Positions 29,617 through 39,355 are shown, numbered from the stretch's first letter. The stretch: DNA of 64,000 nucleotides from Crocinitomicaceae bacterium (GCA_047630755.1 JBLHYG010000019.1:21239-85238), one strand, 5' to 3'. Notes: a model not told the origin generated them from the sequence alone. Made by a program: numbers and translations.

Positions 29617-30507
29617 GTGATTCAAGCGATAAAATGGGATGTAACTCCCGAAATAATAGACGGATGGAGTACTCCAAATTTGTATGGATTGCTTTTCGTT
29701 TCAGGTTTAATCATTGGTTATTTGGTGGTCAAACGAATGTTTAAGAAGCAGAATATTTCAGATGCCATTCTTGACAAACTTGTTTTTTACATGGTGCTCG
29801 CAACAATCGTTGGAGCACGATTGGGACATGTGTTTTTCTATGGCCCTTATTGGGATGTAGAGGCTTTCGGACAAGTTCGACGCGGTTATTTTGACCATCC
29901 CGGGGACATCATTAAAGTATGGGAAGGCGGACTTGCCAGCCATGGTGGTGTTATTGCAATCATTATCTCTTTATTTATTTTTTCCAAATGGGTGTCAAAA
30001 AAACCGATGCTTTGGATTTTAGATCGAATAGCTGCTCCTGGTGCTATAGCTGCGTGTTTCATTCGCTTAGGGAATTTAGTGAACAGTGAAATCGTTGGAC
30101 ACGAAACAAACGTTTCATGGGGGTTTAAATTCCTTCATAACTATTGTCCTGATTCATCGTGCCCTTGGGACATGGTTCCAACCCGTCATCCATCTCAATT
30201 GTACGAAGCAATAGCATACTTGTTCATTTTCGGAATTCTTATGTTTATGTATTGGAAGCGAAATGCTTGGATGCGTCAAGGACTGATGTTTGGAACTTTC
30301 CTAATCCTTCTTTTTGGAGCTCGATTCTTAATTGAGTTTACGAAAATCCCACAAGTTCCAGGCCGTTCAGATTGGGCTTTGAACACGGGACAATGGTTAA
30401 GCATTCCGTTTGTTTTGGCGGGTATATTTTTCCTTTGGCGAGGGCTTAAAAGGAAACCCGAGCCGTTTGTGCCAGAACCTGTTCAAGATTCGAAAGGAGA
30501 AGCTTAA
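29617..30507 (+). CDS. lgt: prolipoprotein diacylglyceryl transferase
   Basis: GTG start. The Lgt signature region GDIIKVWEGGLASHGGVIA is present. Multi-pass membrane protein. Confidence 0.85.
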   Translation: MIQAIKWDVTPEIIDGWSTPNLYGLLFVSGLIIGYLVVKRMFKKQNISDAILDKLVFYMVLATIVGARLGHVFFYGPYWDVEAFGQVRRGYFDHPGDIIKVWEGGLASHGGVIAIIISLFIFSKWVSKKPMLWILDRIAAPGAIAACFIRLGNLVNSEIVGHETNVSWGFKFLHNYCPDSSCPWDMVPTRHPSQLYEAIAYLFIFGILMFMYWKRNAWMRQGLMFGTFLILLFGARFLIEFTKIPQVPGRSDWALNTGQWLSIPFVLAGIFFLWRGLKRKPEPFVPEPVQDSKGEA

Positions 30508-30621
30508 GAAACTACGTAAAAGTTCGTGAAAAGTACTTTTTTTGCCATTGTACGTGGATTCAACTCCCTGTGGATTGGTAATTTGAGTATATTTAATCAC
30601 CTAATTAAAACAGATTGAATT

Positions 30622-31197
30622 ATGATGGAATGGTTTAATGGTCTCGAGTTGTTCGAACGTATTTATTGGTTGATTGCAATTCCTGCTACTTTGTTTTTCC
30701 TTTTTATACTGGTCACAACCTTCCTTGGAGGAGATGCAGACGGCGATAGTGATATCGAAGGAGATGGAAATGAAACAGGAGAAATCGGATTTCAATTTTT
30801 TACATTTAAAAACTTAGTTGGATTTTTTACTGTTTTTTCATGGATAGGTATTGGGTGTATCCGATCAGGTTATGCTGATTCTACAGTAATTATTGTCTCT
30901 TTTATCTGTGGTCTCTTAATGATGTTAGCGATGTCAACTTTATTCTATTTCTTAACCAAATTGGTTGAAGATGGGACAATGAAATTATCAAATGCCTTGG
31001 GGAAAACGGGGCAAGTTTATCTTCCAATAAAAGCATCGAAAGGAGGGTTCGGAAAAGTTCAAATTAAAATTCAAGGGTCGTTGCATGAGATTCAAGCAAT
31101 GACAAATGATGAGGAAGAATTGGTCGTAGGAACAATTGTTAAGGTCAAAGAAGTGATCGATGACAACATACTATTAGTAACAAGTAAATTAGCTTAA
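30622..31197 (+). CDS. NfeD-like (YqiJ-like) membrane protein with C-terminal OB-fold
   Basis: Transmembrane helices, then an acidic loop (GGDADGDSDIEGDGNETGE), more transmembrane segments, and a C-terminal beta-rich domain. It sits directly upstream of a flotillin gene. Confidence 0.7.
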   Translation: MMEWFNGLELFERIYWLIAIPATLFFLFILVTTFLGGDADGDSDIEGDGNETGEIGFQFFTFKNLVGFFTVFSWIGIGCIRSGYADSTVIIVSFICGLLMMLAMSTLFYFLTKLVEDGTMKLSNALGKTGQVYLPIKASKGGFGKVQIKIQGSLHEIQAMTNDEEELVVGTIVKVKEVIDDNILLVTSKLA

Positions 31198-31204
31198 TTA
31201 AATT

Positions 31205-32797
31205 ATGGGAGAAGAGCAAGGTATACCGTTTTTTCTGGTCGGCATAGTTGTCGCAGTATTATTTATTTTAATTATTCTTTATGCCGCAATAAAGCGGTAC
31301 AAAAGATGTCCATCCGATCAGATTTTGGTTGTGTATGGTAAAGTTGGAGCAGGAGCTGATGGATTTAGATCGGCGAAGTGTATTCATGGTGGGGCTGCAT
31401 TCATTTGGCCAGTTATTCAAGATTACGCTTTCCTTGAATTGAAACCAATTTCAATTGAAGTGAAATTGACGAACGCACTTTCGAAACAAAACATTCGTGT
31501 TGATGTTCCTTCAAGCTTTACGGTTGGTATTTCAACTGAAGCTGGTGTTATGATGAACGCAGCAGAACGTCTTTTGGGATTGTCGAAAGAACAAACGCAT
31601 GATTTAGCGAAGGATATCATTTTTGGTCAATTGCGTTTAGTAGTTGCAACAATGGATATTGAGGAAATTAACTCGAACAGAGATAAGTTTTTAGCGAATG
31701 TTTCTTCTAACGTTGAAGCTGAGTTGAACAAGATTGGTTTGAAGCTGATCAACGTAAACGTTACCGATATCAAGGATGAGTCTGGATACATTGAGGCTCT
31801 TGGTAAGAACGCAGCGGCCAAAGCGATTAACGATGCACGTCAAAGTGTTGCGGAGAAGAACAGAGATGGTTCTATTGGTGAGGCGAACGCACACCAAGAT
31901 CAAAGATCTCAAGTTGCAGCATTGAATGCTCAAGCCAAAATTGGTGAAGCTGATGCGAATAGAGAGGAAAGAATAAAAATGGCAGACGCCGGAGCGTTGG
32001 CGATTGTTGGTGAGGCCGAAGCGAAAAAATTAGAAAGAATTCGTGTTTCTGAAGCTAATGCAACAGCCGTAGAAGGTGAGAATGAAGCGAAAATTACAGT
32101 CGCTAATTCTGATGCAAAAAGACGTGAGGCAGAGGCAGAAGCAAAAAGAATTGCAATTGCTGCTGAGAAAGTAAAAGAAGCGAAAGCATTAGAAGAATCA
32201 TATTCTGCTGAGAAAGATGCGGAATTGGTAAGAGCGGCTAGAGATAGAGCTTCACAAGAGGCAAACATTATTGTTCCTGCTGAAATTGATAAGAAGAAAG
32301 TAGAAATTGCTGCTGAGGCGGAAGCAGAGAATACTCGTAGAAGAGCCCAAGGTGAGGCCGATGCAATCTTTGCTAAGATGGATGCAGAAGCTCGTGGTAC
32401 ATACCAGATACTAAGTAAGCAAGCAGAAGGGTTTAAGCAATTAGTTGCAGCTGCTGGAGACAATTCTCAGGATGCCGTTAAAATTATGATTGCCGATAAA
32501 CTTCCAGAATTGGTTCGTTTACAATCTGATGCGATCAAGAACATTAAAATTGATAAGGTTACCGTTTGGGATTCGGGCAAAGGATCTTCGGGTAAATCAT
32601 CAACAGCGGACTTCATTTCAGGACTTTACGGTTCAGTTCCTCCATTGCAGGAAATGTTTAACATGGCCGGAATGGATTTACCTGAATACTTAAAAGGAAA
32701 GACACCTGACGGAGCAAATACAGTTATGAAAAATAATGCTGACGATGCCCAGGATGCAGATATTCAAGATGTCGAAGACGAAAATGATTCAGAATAG
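31205..32797 (+). CDS. flotillin-family SPFH-domain protein (YqiK/FloA-like)
   Basis: N-terminal transmembrane segment, SPFH domain, and a long Ala/Glu-rich coiled-coil (EAEAKR repeats); 530 aa. Confidence 0.85.
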   Translation: MGEEQGIPFFLVGIVVAVLFILIILYAAIKRYKRCPSDQILVVYGKVGAGADGFRSAKCIHGGAAFIWPVIQDYAFLELKPISIEVKLTNALSKQNIRVDVPSSFTVGISTEAGVMMNAAERLLGLSKEQTHDLAKDIIFGQLRLVVATMDIEEINSNRDKFLANVSSNVEAELNKIGLKLINVNVTDIKDESGYIEALGKNAAAKAINDARQSVAEKNRDGSIGEANAHQDQRSQVAALNAQAKIGEADANREERIKMADAGALAIVGEAEAKKLERIRVSEANATAVEGENEAKITVANSDAKRREAEAEAKRIAIAAEKVKEAKALEESYSAEKDAELVRAARDRASQEANIIVPAEIDKKKVEIAAEAEAENTRRRAQGEADAIFAKMDAEARGTYQILSKQAEGFKQLVAAAGDNSQDAVKIMIADKLPELVRLQSDAIKNIKIDKVTVWDSGKGSSGKSSTADFISGLYGSVPPLQEMFNMAGMDLPEYLKGKTPDGANTVMKNNADDAQDADIQDVEDENDSE

Positions 32798-32821
32798 TAT
32801 TTTCTGATTTGCAGATAGTAA

Positions 32822-32851
32822 GGCTTCACCGAAAGGTGAGGCCTTTTTTGT
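32822..32851 (+). terminator. rho-independent terminator after the flotillin gene
   Basis: GGCTTCACC-GAAA-GGTGAGGCC hairpin followed by TTTTTTG. Confidence 0.6.
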
Positions 32852-32904
32852 TTATTCACATTTAGTCCTATTCGTTGAAGTAACATTGGACGATGGGGTC
32901 TGGA

Positions 32905-33207
32905 TTATTTTTTTGTCATGGTAAAATCTACCAAATAGATGCTTCCATTTACTTGCTCAGCAGCAATTATCTTTCCGCTTCCAGTATTATTAGGCGTGAG
33001 GTTTCCTTCGAAAATCTCCAACCATCCAGCTTCACTTAACTGTTTCTGCATCCAAAATGAATTTCCCTTTTGCCACCAATAGAACTTTACAGGCTCGTTA
33101 TCCAGCATGTAAATGCCTGTGTTATCATCTTTGAACTCAAATGAACCAGGTCCATTTGTAGACGCTGAAACAGACCATTTCCCGACTAAATTAATTGTTT
33201 GATTCAT
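32905..33207 (-). CDS. hypothetical protein (lipocalin-like, beta-rich, no signal peptide)
   Basis: 100-aa ORF. No family recognised. Confidence 0.45.
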   Translation of the reverse strand: MNQTINLVGKWSVSASTNGPGSFEFKDDNTGIYMLDNEPVKFYWWQKGNSFWMQKQLSEAGWLEIFEGNLTPNNTGSGKIIAAEQVNGSIYLVDFTMTKK

Positions 33208-33302
33208 GATTAGGTTTTTTGATTGTGTTTGAATTAAAGTTAGTTATTCTCGAGTAGGTATGTTTTACAATTATTTTAGTTGTTTTTGAGCTCAGTTCTA
33301 TG

Positions 33303-33956
33303 TTAGTATGCTTTTTTTTCACGGCTATTGAAAATCACTTTCCATTTACCGTCTACTTGTTGAACTTCGACCGCATTTGTTTCAGAACTCATGCAGCTGC
33401 GAATTTTGGAAGTTCGATAAATAAAAATTGCTTTCTTATTGTTTGAGTGAAAGATTACTCTTGAATAACCAATAAATGCATAATGTCGATCCATCTCGGA
33501 ACTTGAATTTGGATAATTGAGGGTTAGTTTAACTCTTCCATAACTGTCGATTTTAGAAAGGTCTATGAGCTTTTCCGTCAAAGAATCAGATAAGAACCGC
33601 TTAAGAATATTGTTAGCTCCTTTTTTTAGCATCCAATTTATCTCGAAAGTATCAGGTATAAATAAGGTTTTGTTCAAATTTAGAGCCATACCTACTGAGT
33701 CTATAAATTCCTTGTGACTTTGCTGTGCAAGCTTATATTCTTGTTCCCGAGTTTCTTTGTCAGGATTCTCAGAATAAAATGGTAAGAGCATTAACTCAAT
33801 GGAGTCAGGCATCAAAACGGGTAATGTCTGATTTATAATATCTATTGTAGTTATAGCTTCATCAAATTTTGGATTTGCCGATTTTTTTTGAGAATTCTCG
33901 TTCCCAGAGCATGATGTTAGAGCAATCAATAAGAAAAATAATGTTCTTGTCATCAT
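33303..33956 (-). CDS. hypothetical lipoprotein
   Basis: Signal peptide and lipobox (LIALTSCSGNEN); 217 aa. No family recognised. Confidence 0.55.
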   Translation of the reverse strand: MMTRTLFFLLIALTSCSGNENSQKKSANPKFDEAITTIDIINQTLPVLMPDSIELMLLPFYSENPDKETREQEYKLAQQSHKEFIDSVGMALNLNKTLFIPDTFEINWMLKKGANNILKRFLSDSLTEKLIDLSKIDSYGRVKLTLNYPNSSSEMDRHYAFIGYSRVIFHSNNKKAIFIYRTSKIRSCMSSETNAVEVQQVDGKWKVIFNSREKKAY

Positions 33957-34148
33957 GGTCTATGCATACTAACGTTTTGAAGCTACCGACCGTGCGGGGC
34001 TGTAAAGTTTCTTTTCTCGAAGGTATGAAAAGCGATTAAGCTTTGAAAGGCAAGCGTTAGTGCCACCATTGTATCGTTAACACATAAGTGATCTCTCGAA
34101 GCATAAACCCGCATGGTGAGTGAGGTGCTGTTATGGTTATTTTTCACC

Positions 34149-34688
34149 TTATAAAGAGTCGAAGAACTTTGATGTAACTACTCTTATTTCTGTATATGGA
34201 GAAATTGTGTTATAGCTTTGATCAACCAGTGTTATGCGTCCATCCCCTGCTAACTTCTCAAGCTCTGAAGTAACTAGTTCATAATTCATTCCATATTTCT
34301 GCTCCATTACATCGGTCATATGATGTACCTTAAATACAGATTTGTCAATTTTAGTTTCTTCAAGTTTTTTAATAAGTTCCGTTCTTATCTTTTTTCCAAT
34401 TACAGCGTATTTTTCTTTAATTCGCTCAACGTCTTGATCAATTTCTACTAAAGGTTCTTTATAGTCATCAACTTCTGAATCGGCTTTCTCACCTTTGAAA
34501 TTTGAAACGATAGTTTGATTGATGTTAACATTTCTAGCGGTAACATTATTATTCATGTTTCCACTAGTGTTTTTCTGAGCATTCCGGTTTCTTCTCTTTT
34601 TAAATAAGATAGTAATCACTAAGCTTAAAATGAAAACACCGGCTCCAGAGAATAACCATTTGTAATTATCTATAATCCATTCCTGCAT
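34149..34688 (-). CDS. hypothetical N-terminally membrane-anchored protein
   Basis: One N-terminal transmembrane segment (WLFSGAGVFILSLVITILF), then a basic KKRRNRN stretch, an Asn-rich linker and a ~100-aa C-terminal domain; 179 aa. Confidence 0.5.
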   Translation of the reverse strand: MQEWIIDNYKWLFSGAGVFILSLVITILFKKRRNRNAQKNTSGNMNNNVTARNVNINQTIVSNFKGEKADSEVDDYKEPLVEIDQDVERIKEKYAVIGKKIRTELIKKLEETKIDKSVFKVHHMTDVMEQKYGMNYELVTSELEKLAGDGRITLVDQSYNTISPYTEIRVVTSKFFDSL

Positions 34689-35055
34689 AACTATGTCAAT
34701 ATTTTAGATTTCATATTGGTCTAATTAAAGAACATTAGCATGGTGGAATTTCTTCCTGGCTATATTCATATCCATCCTGGTCCTGCCCGATTGGAGTATG
34801 TCGTTCTGATCTACCGAGACAAGGAGCACATTTTGGATATTTCGCATCATGCCATTGACCACATGTGCAACATCGTTTATATCACCTGTGGTGATATATA
34901 ATCGCTTTTATTACTATCTTCTTGATACCCCATTTTAAATAGTGATTTGGTTATGCGCAAACGTCTTAATTAAAAATTAATTATCGCTGGCAATTAGGTA
35001 TTCTAATTTCCCCATCAAATTGGCTTATGCACGATACTTTTCAAAACACAAACAC

Positions 35056-35373
35056 CTATTCCTCAATCAATTCAATCATCTCCGCAACAAAAACACCTTT
35101 TTTAATCACACCTTTCACTTTCGCCTTACGCACAACCGTGCACAAACCATCATCCGCATGCGCGTCTCCGTGCTCATCAATTGCTGAACCTTCAACGTAA
35201 TACTCTTTACCGTCAATTCTGATCGCCAAAGCGCAATCTTCACCGGTCATTTCGAAATTGCACATTCCACACGAAACGTCATATGTTCCTTCAATTGAAT
35301 TGTCTGTGTTTTTCATTGTAGCGCAAGAGGCTATAAAAAAAACGATAGCTGATAGAGAAATGATTTTAAGCAT
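35056..35373 (-). CDS. small Cys-rich lipoprotein (DUF6370-like)
   Basis: Lipobox IASCAT. SCGMCNFEMTGEDC...GLC gives four cysteines beyond the lipid-anchor Cys; 105 aa. Confidence 0.55.
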   Translation of the reverse strand: MLKIISLSAIVFFIASCATMKNTDNSIEGTYDVSCGMCNFEMTGEDCALAIRIDGKEYYVEGSAIDEHGDAHADDGLCTVVRKAKVKGVIKKGVFVAEMIELIEE

Positions 35374-35395
35374 AGTTGGTATTTTTTGTTCTAAA

Positions 35396-35989
35396 TTACT
35401 TTATTGAATTCCAAGTCGAGTACATCGCTTCCTGCTGAGGTCTGTCTTCTTCAATCTTTCGAAGCGGTTCACATTCTTTAAGCGTATCCTGACATTCCTT
35501 TGGCAAAGCTTGATACAAAGCTGTTCCTTTTGTTTTCCAAGAAATCATCGTGTCGCTAACGTCCTTGATTTTTTTAGCAGGATTGCCAACAATTAAGCTA
35601 CGTTTTTCAAAATTTGAATTCGCCGCAACAAAACTTAAAGCGCCAACAATCGATTCGTCTCCTATTGTGACATCATCCATAATCACACTGTTCATGCCAA
35701 TCAAACAGTTTTTTCCAAGCGTTCCACCATGAATAATCGCTCCATGACCTACATGGGCACCTTCTTTGAGCGTTACTGTTGTTCCGGGGAACATGTGAAT
35801 TGTACAGTTTTCTTGAACATTACAGCCGTCTTCAATAATGATTTGTCCCCAATCTCCACGAATCGCTGCTCCAGGACCAATATAAACGTTTTCACCGATG
35901 AGTACATTTCCAGTCACGCTCGCTTTCGGATGAATAAAACTACTTTCCTTAACGACAGGAATAAAACCATTGAAAGAGTAAACAGACAT
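35396..35989 (-). CDS. gamma-carbonic-anhydrase / hexapeptide-repeat (PaaY/CaiE-like) family protein
   Basis: Left-handed beta-helix hexapeptide repeats and the His-containing region HVGHGAIIHGG. Confidence 0.82.
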   Translation of the reverse strand: MSVYSFNGFIPVVKESSFIHPKASVTGNVLIGENVYIGPGAAIRGDWGQIIIEDGCNVQENCTIHMFPGTTVTLKEGAHVGHGAIIHGGTLGKNCLIGMNSVIMDDVTIGDESIVGALSFVAANSNFEKRSLIVGNPAKKIKDVSDTMISWKTKGTALYQALPKECQDTLKECEPLRKIEEDRPQQEAMYSTWNSIK

Positions 35990-36065
35990 GAGATGATTTA
36001 AATTTGATTTTTAAAAGTAATAAAGATCGTCCGAAATCGTCTAAATTCAAAGAATATTGTTTGCT

Positions 36066-36422
36066 ATGGAAATATTGTTTGTCTACAACGCAGAAAAGGA
36101 TTTGGTTAATGGTGCAATTGACTACGCACATAAAGTTTTTAAGCCGTCCACCTATAAATGTGATTTATGTGCGCTGACATATCATAACTTAGGTCAAAGA
36201 ACCGCTTGGAAGAAGTTTAGGAAAGCAACAAATGCCGACTTGTCTTTTTATTATATCAAAGGATTTGAAAAAAAATTCAACGAATCCTATGATTATCCCG
36301 TTGTAATAAAGAGAGATAATGGACAAAATACTGTAATTTTGAACCATCAAGATTTAAGTGTATTCGGCACTGTCGAGGATTTAATTTTGAGAATGGAAAA
36401 CATTGTAAAAAGTTCGAATTAA
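36066..36422 (+). CDS. hypothetical protein, possibly thioredoxin-like fold
   Basis: Start at MEILFVYNAEKD; about 118 aa. No family recognised. Confidence 0.45.
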   Translation: MEILFVYNAEKDLVNGAIDYAHKVFKPSTYKCDLCALTYHNLGQRTAWKKFRKATNADLSFYYIKGFEKKFNESYDYPVVIKRDNGQNTVILNHQDLSVFGTVEDLILRMENIVKSSN

Positions 36423-36425
36423 GAA

Positions 36426-36968
36426 ATGAGTTACTGCGAATATTGCGAAAAACCAGAAGCAAAAGAAATTCATAAAAAGTACCACGATTTGTACTATGGA
36501 TTTCCTATTGAAGATGATAATGAGTTGTTCGGAAGGTTAATCATGGAGATTAATCAAGCAGGACTTTCTTGGGAGACAATCCTAAACAAAGAACAAAATT
36601 TCAGGAACGCCTATTCGAACTTTACAATTGAAGAAGTTGCTCAGTACGATGAGAGTCAACGTGAACGATTGCTTTCCGATGCTGGTATTATTAGAAATAA
36701 ATTAAAAGTGAATGCTGCAATTCATAATGCTGAACAAATAGTGCAGTTGAAACAAAAATTCGGTAGCTTTAGTAATTGGTTGAACGAAAATCACCCGTTA
36801 GCGAGGGAAGAATGGACTAAATTGTTTAGAAAGACGTTTAAGTTTGTAGGCGGTGAAATCGTTAATGAGTTTTTGATGAGTACAGGTTATTTACCGGGTG
36901 CTCATGTCGAAAGTTGCTCGATTTTTGCAGAGGTATTGAAGTCAAACCCAAAATGGAAAGAGATATGA
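36426..36968 (+). CDS. tag: DNA-3-methyladenine glycosylase I
   Basis: N-terminal Zn-site pattern C-x2-C...YHDxEWG-like (YCEYCEK...YHDLYYGFP) and the EINQAGLSWETIL helix-hairpin-helix region. Confidence 0.82.
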   Translation: MSYCEYCEKPEAKEIHKKYHDLYYGFPIEDDNELFGRLIMEINQAGLSWETILNKEQNFRNAYSNFTIEEVAQYDESQRERLLSDAGIIRNKLKVNAAIHNAEQIVQLKQKFGSFSNWLNENHPLAREEWTKLFRKTFKFVGGEIVNEFLMSTGYLPGAHVESCSIFAEVLKSNPKWKEI

Positions 36969-37627
36969 AATTATTTACACTTGTATTCGTAGTTTTAATG
37001 ACAGGCGGTGCTTCCGCTCAAATTGGAGTGAGCGCCGGTGCAACAATGCTAAATGCATTCGGGAATTCTAAGCCTTATGGAGGAATGCACCTTACAGTTG
37101 AATATCCGAGCAGTGAATCCGTAACTTTTTACGGTAAACTGTCGCATTTGTTTAAACAGCGGAATGAAGATTCATCGATAATTGCAATTACAGCTTACGA
37201 TTTCGCGACAACACCTTATATTCAGAATATTGGAGGTTTGTCTTCATTGAATTATACAATTATTGAAGGTGGAACGAAATATTACCTCGGAAATGGATAC
37301 GATTTTGGATTAGCAGCTTACGGGGGACCAAACGCTTTTTTAGCGTTTAATAGAGTGAAAATGGAATACGCACCATACGATGAAACATTGTATGAGTTGC
37401 CTCAAGATTACGGACGAAAAGCTTCTATAATCAGTTTTGGGGTTGGTTTTAATGGAGGTGTTAAATATTCTATTGAAAGAGTCGGAACGGTTTATTTTGA
37501 TTTGGGGCTCTCGTATGTTGTTAGAGCTTTTGAAAACAATCAAATGGCTTATTTTGAAGGATGGCCGAGATTGAGTGCATTGTTATTCAACTTTAATGTT
37601 GGATTCAGAAGAGATATCCTTTGGTAG
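36965..37627 (+). CDS. hypothetical outer-membrane beta-barrel protein
   Basis: Signal peptide MKLFTLVFVVLMTGGASAQ. Alternating beta-strand pattern. C-terminus GFRRDILW. The ATG overlaps the tag stop (ATGA). Confidence 0.55.
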   Translation: MKLFTLVFVVLMTGGASAQIGVSAGATMLNAFGNSKPYGGMHLTVEYPSSESVTFYGKLSHLFKQRNEDSSIIAITAYDFATTPYIQNIGGLSSLNYTIIEGGTKYYLGNGYDFGLAAYGGPNAFLAFNRVKMEYAPYDETLYELPQDYGRKASIISFGVGFNGGVKYSIERVGTVYFDLGLSYVVRAFENNQMAYFEGWPRLSALLFNFNVGFRRDILW

Positions 37628-37998
37628 ACTTCGTTCATTTTTAAACTGACTTCCAAATTCCGAAGAGATTTACTTCGAAAGTACTACCTGAAACTTATTT
37701 ACCTGATAACAGACTGTTAGCAATTTTGCTTGCTGGCCTTTGAATGCCTTTGCAAAGAAGTTCGGTGGCGAGGATTGGAACCTTTAACTACCAAAGCAAG
37801 TCAATTTGTATATAATCCTATTGCGTGTCTCATTGAGTGAAAGGTGCTTGACGTTGATTAAAGTGTCATTTTCAGATAACATTTAAATTTTAGTTCGAGG
37901 TATTGATAGATTCATCTATGAAAACAACCTATTGGTAGAATTTATTGGATTTATTAATAAATTATTATCAAATTCATGTGTAATTAATAGGGTAAAAT

Positions 37999-38400
37999 AT
38001 GGAGAATCTTGAATTTGCTGCCACCGCTCATACGCCTCAGATCGATTTCAATGCGACTACCGGCCTAATGAGGATTAAAGGCAGATGTATTCCTGATGCA
38101 CCAGATGAATTTTGGTTACCTGTTTTGAATTGGTTCGAATCTTATTTGTTGGAGCCAATTGAGAATACAGTTTTTCGAATTGATTTGGAGTATTTCAATA
38201 TTTCGTCATCTAAAAGAATACTTTTTCTTTTATATAAATTGAACGAACTTGCGGATTCAGGAAGGAGTGTAAGAGTAGAATGGAGGTATAAAGATTCCGA
38301 CGAGGACATGTTCGAAGTCGGTCAAGATTACGCCTATATGGTAAAAGTTCCATTCGATTTTATAGAATATAAAGAGGCTGATTTAGCACTCGCTATTTAA
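37999..38400 (+). CDS. DUF1987 (SiaC-like) domain protein
   Basis: 133 aa. The N-terminus FNATTGLMRIKGRCIPD...FWLPVLNWFESYL fits my memory of DUF1987/SiaC proteins. Confidence 0.55.
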   Translation: MENLEFAATAHTPQIDFNATTGLMRIKGRCIPDAPDEFWLPVLNWFESYLLEPIENTVFRIDLEYFNISSSKRILFLLYKLNELADSGRSVRVEWRYKDSDEDMFEVGQDYAYMVKVPFDFIEYKEADLALAI

Positions 38401-38445
38401 TAGAAAAGTTAATTTTTGTGAAGCATCCATACCGGTTTATCCGAT

Positions 38446-38748
38446 ATGGGTGCTTTTTTCGTTAATACAAGAGGGAATTCTGTTATTTTTGTCAATTATA
38501 TGAGACTAGTTAAAGAAATACCCCACGCACATTTTAAAATTCAAATACATCAATACAATGGGAAATACATTGTTAAGATTGAATTGGGTCAATTTGAACA
38601 GACCTATAAAATCGGAGATACTGATGTCAGTGGACTTGAAGAAGTAGAAAATATGATAACACCCGAATTGCTCGATAACACGATCAAACGATTTATTGAT
38701 ATGCGTGCAGATTGGGAACTTGCATTTACTAAAAAGAATATAAAATGA
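38446..38748 (+). CDS. hypothetical small protein (true start may be the internal Met at 38500)
   Basis: 100-aa ORF overlapping the downstream OmpH-like gene by 4 bp. No family recognised. Confidence 0.35.
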   Translation: MGAFFVNTRGNSVIFVNYMRLVKEIPHAHFKIQIHQYNGKYIVKIELGQFEQTYKIGDTDVSGLEEVENMITPELLDNTIKRFIDMRADWELAFTKKNIK

Positions 38749-39347
38749 AATACCTAGTAGTTAGCACATTATTGATTGTATTGTTGGCCTCTTGTGGAGG
38801 AGATGCAGACGTTAAGAAAGACGAATCCAAAGAGGATACCACAGCTAAAGTTCAGCCTAGAAAAACAGGGGAATTGAAAATTGCTTTTTACTCTCAGGAT
38901 TCGATGGCAATTCATTTCAAAACGTACCGAGTGGCAGATTCACTGGTTCAACGTGATCAACTTGCCTTCGAAAGAGAGGTTCAGCGCCGTGAAACTGAAT
39001 ACGTAAATTGGGCTCAGCGCAAGGATGGCGAAGCTCAAAAAGGATTGTTGACTGAAAATGACATGGCTCGTTTGCAACAAGAAGCGCAAACAAGACAAGC
39101 TCAATTAGCCGAATACCAACAAAAGCGCGGTACGGAGATTCAACAAAAATTAGCGAAGGAAATGGATGCTCTTATGAAAAAGATCAATCAATTTTCAACT
39201 GAGTATTGCGAAGCGAATAATATCGATATCCTTATTAAAAGAGGAACTGGTGGTCAATTCGGATATGTTCACCCTACAATGGATGTTACAGCGGAGTTCA
39301 TAGCATATATGAACCAAGCGCAAGAGAAATTAATTTCTGGTAAATAG
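38745..39347 (+). CDS. OmpH/Skp-family periplasmic chaperone-like lipoprotein
   Basis: Lipobox LLASCGG, then a long coiled-coil rich in Gln/Glu/Lys (QQEAQTRQAQLAEYQQKRGTEIQQKLAKEMDAL), typical of OmpH. Confidence 0.7.
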   Translation: MKYLVVSTLLIVLLASCGGDADVKKDESKEDTTAKVQPRKTGELKIAFYSQDSMAIHFKTYRVADSLVQRDQLAFEREVQRRETEYVNWAQRKDGEAQKGLLTENDMARLQQEAQTRQAQLAEYQQKRGTEIQQKLAKEMDALMKKINQFSTEYCEANNIDILIKRGTGGQFGYVHPTMDVTAEFIAYMNQAQEKLISGK

Positions 39348-39355
39348 TTGTATAA

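Noticed and set aside
31930-32463. 177-aa Ala/Ser-rich minus-strand ORF
   Set aside because: It is antisense to the flotillin coiled-coil region. GCT/GAA-rich repeats on the sense strand inevitably give an open Ala/Ser-rich antisense frame. This is not a gene.
34040-34060. B12-box-like GCCACC(A)TTG in the 33957..34148 spacer
   Set aside because: It does not match the GCCACTG core. No other cobalamin-riboswitch elements are present, and the downstream gene is not B12-related.
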